Assembly: GCA_012026655.1 (NCBI GenBank)
Contig: JAAILG010000003.1
Coordinates: forward strand, 1 to 64,000
DNA from: Hydrolagus affinis
Lineage: Eukaryota
Direction: 5' to 3'
DNA: 64,000 nt
Within the stretch, counting starts at the first letter, position 1; the number at the start of each line of letters is the position of its first letter. A program made the translations under genes and the position numbers. The notes beneath the pieces are model-generated. The model worked only from the letters and a program-made list of their open reading frames with translations, was not told the origin of the DNA and searched no databases. Positions 50,115 through 60,842 of this stretch are shown here, piece after piece.

Positions 50115-50343
50115 AACTTGGATAAGTTTCCTTACTCCACGTGCCTAATAATAATCCCCCCCAAAAAATCAATAATAATTGGTCACTCAATCCACAACTG
50201 TTTGTGGGAAATTGCTGTACGCAATTGACTGCCATGTTTCGCCCCAAAATATACAGTCAATTCACTTTACAGTAAATTCTGTGAAGCGCTTTGAGACGCC
50301 TAAAAGACATGAAAAACACTATATTAAATGCAAGGAGTATTAT
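50115..50343 (+). mobile_element. SINE lacking the tRNA head
   Basis: AAGTTTCCTTACTCCACGTGCCTAATAATAATCC...GTGAAGCGCTTTGAGACG...AAATGCAAGGAGTATTAT. Confidence 0.85.
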
Positions 50344-51252
50344 TCCATTTTCAAGAACATTAAAATTACTGTTGATGATGCCAACTTGAACAGAGTGTAC
50401 AATCTCCTAACCACTGAATAGCAAATTATTTGAATAGATAATGATAATAATAGATAGATAATAGTTTCTATGCAACTTTTTTTATATGCTATTATTGAGC
50501 TGAACATCATCTAATTTATGATGCCAACAATGTTTGCAGAATTGAGTGACAAAACTATAAGGCTGCTCGACCAACTAATTACTGTTAAAACTGTACCTAT
50601 CCAATAATGAACAGCATAATCTTGTTGACAAATTGAAGAGGTTTTGTATCTCTTAGTCCCGTGTTAATAAAGTTTCTCACAACCATTGGGTTGTTGAGTG
50701 TGGCACATTCTATGCCAGAGTGGGCAAAGGTGCCCAACTTCCAACCATGACCCAGGAATGCAAGTTTATGTTGGGAACACATTGCCAAGACACTGTATGC
50801 TTTTGCAATTCAGGAAGTTCATTGGGAATATTAATTGTGAAACTTCAACTTCACTGCAATGAAGCTTTGCTGGGAACACTTGCCCACTACCAGTTACTTA
50901 AAACCAGTCAATAGAAAAGCAACCCACCTATGTTGTATATTATTGTATATTTATCCACTAATCCATTAGGGAAGATTAAGACTTCTTTTTCAATTCTACG
51001 GTTTGTATGGATTCAAATACACATATAACCCAGAGGGGAAGTGAATATTCTCAAATCAGTACATTGCTATTGTTTTGCTGTCGAGAACTACAAAGTGACC
51101 AAAAAGTCATGATTCCATCTATTTTAATAATAATTATTTTATTTCTTCATAATTTATTTAAGCCTTATTAGACATTGTAATGGTAACACAAATTTATCTT
51201 CTAATTTCACAGCAAGATATTAAACCCAGGTTATTATTTTAAGATCCTGTGT

Positions 51253-51565
51253 TGAGTCCTGTAACTCAGTGGTTACTGCACTCGCCTTATGAGCGTGAGA
51301 CCTGTGTTCGAATCCAGGCAGGTCAGGCCGAAACCTTGGGCAAGTTTCCTTACTCCACACACCTAATAATAATCCCTCAAAAATAAACATTAAAAAATTG
51401 GTCATCTCAACCCATGACTGTTTGTGGGACACTGCTGTAAACAATTGCCTGCCGCGTTTCACTCACAAATATAGTCAATTCACTTTACAGTACATTCTGT
51501 GAAGTGCTTTGAGACGTCTAGAAGGCGTGAAAAGCGCTATACCAAATGCAAGGATTATTATTATT
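51253..51565 (+). mobile_element. tRNA-derived SINE, full length, short subfamily
   Basis: GAGTCCTGTAACTCAGTGG (box A), GTTCGAATCC (box B), CCTTGGGCAAGTTTCCTTACTCCAC, tail AAATGCAAGGATTATTATTATT. Confidence 0.9.
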
Positions 51566-52575
51566 GATTTAAGAAATCTCATTGTATGTAAATTAGGAGC
51601 AGATCTACATATGTTTCTGAATATGAGTAGAAATACATGGAATTGTTGAGGTGGCAGGGTGCAGTTATGTTAAATTCAATTGATGGATTTAAAAAAACAG
51701 TTATCTATTCTTTATCTAAGCATCTATAGTAAACGCAATGCTTACTTCACTGCACATTTTATTTTTCTAAACAGTGGAATTACTACATTTTATACATTAA
51801 TCTGCAATGCAACCAAGGTAATCCATTATGAATTGCATACTCAACGAGGAAACTAACTGGTGGCATGAAGTGCTTAGACAGATGTTGTACTCAAAATCCC
51901 CGGCAGAAAAGAAAAACAATTCTCTCCCTGGTTGACCTTTCCTAACAGGTACAATTCTCAAAATCATCTCTTACCTTCAGAAGACAATCCCAGTTGAGTC
52001 GAAAAAAAAACATTTTCAGATCTACGTCTCTAACATAAACTGTCAGTTCAGGTAACCGCTCAGTGTTTGGGAAATGTTTGGGAGTTTAAATGAAGGCGGT
52101 TATGAATTGCCAGCATAAAAGACAGATTTCATTAAAAAATAATGAAATATCTCCTCAAACTCAAAATAAATTTTAGTAGAATGAAAATCAGCTTTACCCT
52201 TTTCACTATATGCAATTCAAATAAATAAGAAAACATCTCTTGCAATTGTATTGCGTGCCAATTCATCACAGTAAAATACAATTCATTTTACTTCCATTTT
52301 AATCCGTAGAACTCAACAAGAACACCTGGCATTATATTAATTTAGAACAAAGAAGGAAAACATATCCAGAATGATGTAACAAAGCACCTGATTTAGTGGT
52401 GAATTCTTCACCATAACAGTTAGTAAAGTTGAAAAGCATCATTTTGGAAAATTAGGGTATTTTATGTTCAGTATAACCCAATGCACCAGTGAGTTTTCTT
52501 CAAATATATACTAGGATGTATTAATCACAGTGTAATCTCCGCTTACATAATATAAATCATATTTATTTTTGCTAG

Positions 52576-52765
52576 TGTTGAACTGGACTTCAAGCAACAA
52601 GAAGACAAGTTTCAGCCTATTTTGAGGAAGCTACATCCTAATGAAGAAACTCAGGTTTCAACCCTGCCTTATTCACAAGAATTCTCTCCATCTGCCTACC
52701 AAAAGCAAAAAAGTAGCAAGACTGAATCAAAAAAGCATGGAAAATGGAAATTGTGGTTTCTTTAA
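52576..52765 (+). CDS. INSYN2A: INSYN2A coding exon 3 (terminal, includes stop)
   Basis: tttatttttgctag|T GTT GAA CTG...TTT CTT TAA; (S)VELDFKQQEDKFQPILRKLHPNEETQVSTLPYSQEFSPSAYQKQKSSKTESKKHGKWKLWFL* matches the INSYN2A C-terminus (KKHGRWKLWFL in human, recalled). Not in the ORF track. Confidence 0.96.
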
Positions 52766-52954
52766 CTAAGCCTATTTAACATCTTAAATGTCAATGGTAT
52801 TTCATGCTTAAGGTGAATTAAAGTGGCTTCCCCTCTTTAAATGAATTCAGATTTAAGTTAAATAGTTACAAAGAGTTCAAATCAGTTGGCTATCATTCTA
52901 TAGAATGTACAAGGTTGAATTCATCCATTGCAAGACATTTTAGGTTTTAGTTCT

Positions 52955-52960
52955 AATAAA
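52955..52960 (+). terminator. candidate polyadenylation signal of INSYN2A
   Basis: First AATAAA after the stop codon (190 nt downstream); another at 53348-53353. AT-rich context makes chance hits likely. Confidence 0.25.
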
Positions 52961-53849
52961 ATCACTTCTCTCCAGGCATGAGATAACAACTTGCCATTTT
53001 CTACTTACAGTTCACATACTAAAGTCGGAATTTAAATGAATGTGTTCAAACACTACTTTTATTAGTCCTCCAAATGCAATCGATTCAGCCTCTCAATGTC
53101 AAGGTGCCATTTCATGCTTTGCTCACAGGCGCGATATTCCATTGCCTTTCTCGATTAATGAATAAGCCACGGGAGCAGAGAAGGCTTTTCTTTTTGCAGT
53201 TTTACATGTAGTTTGAGCTTCTAAATGAAAATCCACAAATTATGATTTCAAGAGCATCCCAGATTATTTTGAGTAAAAGTCCATTCTACCTTGGCCCCAA
53301 ATAGCCAGTTTATATAATGGGTTTATCATCAGACTTTACATGCTATGAATAAATATTGTATAAATATTGTGATCATAAATTAGAATCACACTGGACAGAT
53401 ACTAATGCAGAATCTCTGGATGTTTATGATTTGTCTGTGAAAGGTGAACCCATATGGAAAAGTTGTGGGTTGCTTTTACATCACAGCTGGTTGATTGCTT
53501 CGAGCACAAATTTGTTTTGAGATGAAAGCACTTGATTCACTGGTGCCCAAAGATCAACTCGATTGGAAATGTCATCTACATAAGCAATGTGTGTGACATA
53601 CAAAAATGTAAGACACACATACTTTTGAATGGAAGAAATAAACTGCTTACTATGAAGTATCAAAAAAAAACAGCTCCCAATAAAATCATGTACATTGCAA
53701 ATGATGCACAAAACGTTGCAGAAAACAGCAAAAGGCGTTTTTATTGAACTGGGTGTCAGAAGTTGAGATTGTTCATTAACAAGGAAAACATCACAAAGAA
53801 AGCTCACAGAAGAATTCAGATATTATTTAGAAGTCAACATATACTTGTA

Positions 53850-53965
53850 CACTTTGCCCATGAAATATACGGTTAACTCAATTTACAGTACGTCCTGTGA
53901 AGCCCTTTGAGTCGTCTCAATGATGTGATAAGGCGCTATATAAAATGCAAGAATTATTATTATAT
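53850..53965 (+). mobile_element. SINE 3' tail
   Basis: GTGAAGCCCTTTGAGTCGTCTCAATGATGTGATAAGGCGCTATATAAAATGCAAGAATTATTATT. Confidence 0.72.
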
Positions 53966-54604
53966 TCACTTCGTTTTGGCATTATTAAAGATGTTTTGCA
54001 ATATAAAAAAATTTCACTGTTAGAATTCTAAAAACATAGCGGTTTAAAGAGCAAGTCACTTTAACTAAAATATTTTAAGTGATGAAACTGTGTATTTATA
54101 GAATAGTATCTATGAAATGGATTTTACTGTGAACACTGATTAAATAAATCACTATTTCGTATTTGGTGTAATTTTGATGGTAAATTATTTCAATATTTAG
54201 TCTAATGTATTGAAAATGAATATTAACATTGATTTTACTAAGCATCGTCAGCATCGATGTAACTTTATAAAATGTTTCAGAAACTGTTTGAGATAACACT
54301 CAAACAAATATATAGTTTATTAAAACTAAGTTCTGATTCTTACAGCAGTAAACCATTGTGCTACTGAAAATATAGGGCTATTTCAAATGATTTATGGAAA
54401 TAAATTCTATTCCTGAAACAAATAAAAAGTAAGATATGGTAAACGCAACTTTGGACAAGGTCTACTTTTTGATTATAGCGAGATTGAATCGCTATGAATT
54501 TATTAGTCTAGTGAGCCAGTACCAAAAGGGAATAAGTTGAGGATTATTATGAAACCAAAGGGGGAGGACAGAAGTACAGAATATGGAAAACAACTTCATG
54601 AAAA

Positions 54605-54737
54605 ACAACTGTTCGCAATTGACTGCTGCGTTACCCCCACAAATGTAGTCAATTCACTTTCCAGTATATTCTGTTAAGCGCTTTGAGACCTTTCGAAGAT
54701 GTGATAAGGTGCAATATCAAATGCAAGATTTATTATA
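54605..54737 (+). mobile_element. SINE 3' tail
   Basis: GCAATTGACTGCTGCG...AGTCAATTCACTTTCCAGTATATTCTGTTAAGCGCTTTGAGAC...AAATGCAAGATTTATTAT. Confidence 0.78.
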
Positions 54738-55368
54738 GCAAAATGTGAAGAGTGGGATAATGCAATTGGGGGAGGTAGCTGTGGGGGAGGTAACACCCAC
54801 AGACACCATGTATCAAATGACCTACTTCTGTATAGCAACTGACATGACACTGACTCATCAAATCATTCAATTTGAACAACGTTCCACACCGAACAATGAT
54901 AGAAATATTCTGTTTTAGTGCCATTCATTAACTCTATGGTTTTGACGTAACTACTGTTCCAGGCACACTGATAGGATTGATTGGTGGAAAATGCTAAATG
55001 TTGGAAAAGCAGTCAAATTTTCTCTCCTTAAAAACATAAAGTAGGCTAGTTTACAGAATCATAACTGCATTTCGAACACAATTGAATGTTATCAAATTGA
55101 ATTTCCACTTTAAAATTGATGGGACGACTTTCCAAAGACAAAGTGAAAGAAACGGTTGGAAGTCCTTTCTAAAATGTAATGTGATTGCACTGTTCAGTCT
55201 CCATTGCAGACACTCACTTTCCCTTTTTTGCTTTCTTAACTTTTTTCAAAAAAAAATCTGTTTCCCTGTTGCAGCTATTTTTTGATCCCTATCCTCTTGC
55301 TTTTTCGTCTGCAGACAAAAGCTAGCAGATACAGAAAAAAGTGCAATGGGACCTGGGTAGAGAACATA

Positions 55369-55610
55369 CAACAACAAAATTATATTTCTAGAGCACGTTT
55401 TACCTCGGGAGGACGTCCCAAGGCGCTGAATAATTAGGGGTCGGGACCCGAGCATGAGGGTGGGGGGAGTGCTGGGTTGAGGAAAATACGGAGATGTAGG
55501 AGGGCACATGGCACAGTTGAAGAGGAGGGTCTTGTAATTGGTCTTGAAGGAGGCAAGGGAGAGAACAAGGCAAAGGGATTGTGGGATGGAGTTCCAAAGC
55601 GTAGACAGAC
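55369..55610 (-). mobile_element. L2 LINE 3' end with ORF2 C-terminus
   Basis: Minus strand WNSIPQSLCL...LASFKTNYKTLLFNCA, then AGCGCCTTGGGACGTCCTCCCGA...(GTT)n tail. Confidence 0.72.
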
Positions 55611-55949
55611 AAGAGAAAATAACAGTCTAGAAAAATACAAACACAATAAAATTGGATAAGGACATAGGCGATACATCCTCAGAGGATAGGAGAACATATG
55701 GAGACAACTAGAGTACAGAAAGTGGAGCGCATACACACAATCAGTTTGCCCCAAGCACAAATATCCTCAATTTTACTGACTGATAAAATTATGTTTTCAG
55801 GGTGATGAAATTAAAATTAAATACAAGTATGACAACATAATTGTTATTTTCAACTACTTGCTAACATCCTGTAAAGAACTTGATGCACAATGTAAGTACA
55901 GAACATCTTGCATTTATAATAATGCCCTTCACATAAAATAGGATCTCAG

Positions 55950-56258
55950 ACCGGTGCCTCTGCTTGACTGCCTGTGGACTTCTCCTTGTCCCCGATCACC
56001 CCCCACACCCCACCATCATGGCTGTGCTTTCAGCCACTATGTCCTGCAATTATAGAATTCTGTCCCTCAATCCCTTCATCTTGCCCCCTCTCCCCATTTT
56101 CAGGTCGCGCTTGAAAAACCTTCCTCTTCGGCTGTGCCTACGATCACCTTTCCCCTCCGTCTGGCTCGGCATTGTGCTCCACCACTGTTAAGCGCTTTGA
56201 GACGTAAATAAGATGTAGAAAGCGCTATATAAATGTAAGGATTATTATATATTATTAC
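55950..56258 (+). mobile_element. L2 LINE 3' end with SINE-like (TTA)n tail
   Basis: TTCAGGTCGCGCTTGAAAAACCTTCCTCTTCGGCTGTGCCTAC (frameshifted FRSRLKT-LF-CAY), followed by AAGCGCTTTGAGACG...AAAGCGCTATATAAATGTAAGGATTATTAT. Confidence 0.68.
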
Positions 56259-58581
56259 TATATGCTATTATTATAAAATGCTCTGAAACACCATCTGGTG
56301 TGAAGGGTACTATATAAATGCAAGCTGTTGTATAGAAATAATCTTTCACAACTAAATTTAGCATGTTATATATAATACCTCGAAATAGAAGTTACTGTAT
56401 TTATTAATACTTGCTCACTTGTGCATTATTCATGGTCCCTGTACAAAATAGTAATTGAATGGGTGAAATTTTCAGATCAAACAGGAAGAGAACACATGTG
56501 TTTGTGCAAAAGAATCTCACATAAAGCTCACAGACTGATGATACAGCAATTATTTTACAGGGTTTATATACAAAACATAGATTCTAAACACTAAAACTGA
56601 ATGCTCACAAATATAAAATGGATGATCCCATAACAAAATTAGAAAGAAAATGGTAAACTAAACTTTGAAAAGTACAATTATTTATGATTTTTAAAAAAAA
56701 AGTTTTTCTCTGCCCCGTTTATAATCTCATTATAATGATTTTTTTATTGAACAAAACACCATTTGCCAAACACTCATATAATGCCGCAAGCCGCAAAGTA
56801 CATCACTATCAGAAAAAACACTGTTAAATTGCTTCAATGTCATGAAATTCTGACAAAATCTATGTACACTCTTCAAGTGGTCTCCTGCCCTAGCAACCAA
56901 TACGGGGACTCCTAATTTCCAATGTTGATGAATGTATAAAATATGCACATTAGAATTTGCTTTGGCTGTATCAGCTCCTCATTTAAATCATGAAAAGATT
57001 TATTCCTGTGGCACTATTCAACCTTTATAGATTAAATATGTCAATCACAAAGAAGAGACAGCTATAAAAAGCCTTAGCCCATAGCAATTCAACCATTGGC
57101 AACTCTCAAAGTGACCAAAACTATACAAGTTACTTGCAAATCCCCCAAGTTTGCACGTTTTCTTTGCAATTCCTTGAGTTCATTGTCTATTGTGTTATTA
57201 GACCTTACACAATAAGGTGCAGTTAGGAAGATAGATTGTTTTAAAATCAAACTGTTAATGAAAGCTTGAACTTCGACGCAGCTTTCTGAGATTTGCATTG
57301 AATGTAAATGAAGAATAGAATACAAAATGTGATGGGCACCAACTAGGCAACAAGCTTCATCCTGTATCAGTTTATCACTCCTTTGCAAATAGTGATAATG
57401 GATAAGACATTACAGATAAGAGATGAAAATAATAGGTTGAAAAATTGAGTAGTTTTATTTGAGTCCAAATTATAATAAATGGCAGAGAGCTATTAAAAAC
57501 ATTTAGTTTTTTTTGTAAAAAGGCTTTCGCTAATCTTCAAACTCTTTGTTCGTGAGCTTGCAGTTTCCATAAATAGATTAAAATTAGAAACTGTTAGCAA
57601 GCACATACCCGGTGAATGCTAAATGGGCCAACAAGAGGCCAACAAGGACAAAATAACAGCAGCAAAGTCAACAACAACAACAAAATTACATTTATAGAGT
57701 GCCTTTCGCGTCGGGAGGACGTCCTTACCGATAGGAATATTTAAATATATACTTAACATCAGGTGGAGAAGCATAGACTATATGAATAAGCCTTGATTGA
57801 ATGTAGTGCAGAAAAGAAGGCACTGTTCCTGAAGAAAGTATTTTGAAAAATTGAATACCATTTTCCACATATGTTCAAAAGGCATTAAAAAGCTCACAGG
57901 TTTTTGAAGTGCATATAGACAGTGCAGAAAAAAAATAATTTCACCAACCTTGGAGTTTATTGAAAACAATCCCGATTATTGATTATTGATCATTTTTTGT
58001 TTAAAAATAAAAGTTGAAAAACTATTGTACGCAAATCAAACTTTCTAAACCATTTTGTAATTCAAATCTATGACAAGCATACTGTTCTGGCTTCTCAATT
58101 AATTTCTTCCTTCTATAAACATTGGTATCCTTCATTCTCTTGCTAATATCATGGGTGAAAGGATGGTTTCTGATGGCTAAGTGGTTAAATGGAATTATTC
58201 TAGTACTAGTCCACAGTTCTAGCTTCAAAGTGACTCAACTATATTAGGCAAGGGTGGAGTTCCAGCCAGCAATCCATTCTTGCCCACCACTCTGATGCCT
58301 TTGTGGTTAAATACAGCTATAAACACCATCAAACTCATTCCCTCTGCAACTCATTTAGGAACACCAACAATAGGGTTTTGAAATGGCGGACGCTTAAGAG
58401 AAAGATTAAGAGAAAGTAGTCATCAGCAAGGAAAATTCCACGTTTGTGCACAAATGGCTTCTGCCTTTCACCCACGAAACACAGTACAGTCTGTGAAGCG
58501 CTTTGCGCTGTCTCAAAGGCCACAAACAATAAAATTACATTTATAGAGCGCTTTTCACATCGGGAGGACATGATAGGGCTG

Positions 58582-58977
58582 GGAATCATAGGACATGCTT
58601 TAATTTGACCAAACTTTGTCACAATGATCTGATAAGGCTTTGATTGCTATATCAAATCCATGGGTGATGAATACTTGGCAACTTTATGAACAAACTACCC
58701 TGTTGCAAATCAAGAATGTACCAAATAAATGTAACTTTAGATCATCTTAAAATGTAAAAAAAAATGGGTCTGCATTTTTTGGAGCAAATGCTAAGTGTCC
58801 TAATCCAGTTTTTCCTTGCAGTATTCCAGCACAATGAAATTAGCACAAGTTTAACAGCCACACTCACTCAAACAAAAATATTTGAATTAAGCAAGAAGTG
58901 GCTATTAAGTAGCTCACCAAGTAGCTCACCATCAGTGTGAAAAACTTTGGTCAAATTAAACCATATCCTATTATTCC
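58582..58977. repeat. foldback with 47 bp inverted arms (unclassified, probable old MITE)
   Basis: 58582-58628 GGAATCATAGGACATGCTTTAATTTGACCAAACTTTGTCACAATGAT versus reverse complement of 58931-58977: 41/47 identical, no gaps. Confidence 0.75.
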
Positions 58978-59984
58978 AATAAGAATTATAAAGCGACTTC
59001 AAATAAGTCGAGGATGTTTTAGTACCTACAGGCCAACAGATATTTGTTGAGAATCAAAGGCTCGTGTGGATCCTTCTATATACTGTACTTGGAAGAAGTA
59101 CTCGAAAACTACCAGGAACATAAAATGACATATGGTCAGTCATGAAGATATTGTTGTCAGTAAATCTGATGAAGTTAATTTGAAAACTAGAACCAGAGAA
59201 AGACTCAGACTCAAAATGGGAAAGGCAAAGGGGGGAGTGTCACTAATACTATTGTAATCATGACTTCCTAGAAACATAATAGATCAAATTATTACACATG
59301 ACTAGCCAGAATTCAGTAAAACATTTTTGAATGTATTTCTATGTTGAAAATAACCATTTAATCTGTTTTAAAAAGGTTACTATTTTCTTAAGGAACCTCT
59401 AGAGCAATGATGTTAGGGATGCTTATGTAACCACAATTCATCGCTTTAAGGAAACAAAAGACGCCTGGTATTTTATTGAAAACAGTTCCATCCACTGAGA
59501 TTCACTAAAATCAACTTGATTATACTAAAGCAACTCACAAGGAGCTCCCTCCCGATTGTTGCATGCAAGCAAATACAGTAAACCACAATCCAATAGGAAA
59601 AACTAAGAAATGAAAACATCCAGATCATCGGGGTCAGAAATGTATCATTCCTTGTGTGCTAACACGACAGGCAGCCTTACTACTTATTCTGCTCCCTCCT
59701 GCACCACACACACCCTCACCTTCCCAGGAATTGACAGACAAAGAACTAGTAGAGGAAATGTATATATTTTAATAATTATACTGATTTCTTATGATACAAC
59801 AATGGGATCATATTTTTCCCAAATCTAGCAATATTAATATTGGTGTGTTGTATACGCTTTGCGTGCAGTTCTGCTCGAGATTGACTCCCGTTCTTTTTAA
59901 ACTTTAGTTATTAGATTGAATGTAATTAACTGTATTGCAAAAATAATAAAACAAAACTGCAAACACACACTGCAAAGCTGGCTA

Positions 59985-60352
59985 TTCTCAAACAGAAAAA
60001 AAAACCTGATAGAGGTCTTTAAAATTATGAGTGGTTTTGAAAAGGATTGTGAGAATGAGAAATTATTTCCATCGGTTGGCAAAACAGTGACTAGTTGGGA
60101 TGAATTTAAGATAATAGCAAAGGGAGATTAGGAGGATTCATTTTTACACAGAGGTGTGAGGCAGTGGAATGCTCTACTAGCTGCTATGGTCAAAGCACAA
60201 TCCATATTAGCTTTCAAGAGGCAACTAGATAGAAATCTAAAAAGGCGTTTTTTTGTAGAGAATGGGGGAAAAGGCAGACAACTATGACTGAATGGATTGT
60301 TCTTTCAAACAGAGTAGGACAAATGGCCTTCAGTGCTTTAAATCTCTATACT
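59985..60352 (+). mobile_element. decayed CR1 LINE 3' end
   Basis: LIEVFKIMSGFEK...EKLFP, then FTQR/WNAL-like and AFKRQLDR motifs of the CR1 ORF2 C-terminus, followed by a CAAATGGCCT 3' UTR. Confidence 0.78.
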
Positions 60353-60544
60353 GTAATATGCTCAAGGTGGAACGACTGTTGTGCCATCTTAAAGTTATGT
60401 TCCAATTCTCAAGGTTGTTTCCGTCTTATTGATGCAACACCATCATATTTCAAATTCATAGCAAGTTATTTCACATATATACACAAAGCAGTTTTACAAT
60501 AAACTCTGTTGCGCATTGATGACCACCACTTTAAATGTAAGATA

Positions 60545-60842
60545 TAATAATACTACTTGCATTTGATGTAGTGTCTCATCATCTCTTTGAGATGTCCCAA
60601 AACGCTTCACAGAATATACTGTAAAGTGAATTGACTATATATATTGTGGGCGAAATGCAGCAGCCAATTGTGCATAGCAGTGTCCCACAAACAATCAGGG
60701 ATCGAGTGACTAATGTATTTTTAAAAAATTGTGTCAAAGAAATTATTACTCCTGGAAAAGCGATCTGCCAATCGACTAACAAATGGATTCCTATTTACGT
60801 TTAGATAAACAGAGGCATGTGGAGTAAGGAAATTTGGCCAAC
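60545..60842 (-). mobile_element. SINE, long subfamily, head missing
   Basis: Tail and body as in other copies, plus CCTGGAAAAGCGATCTGCCAATCGACTAACAAATGGATTCCTATTTACGTTTAGATAAACAGAGGCATGTGGAGTAAGGAAA. Confidence 0.85.
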
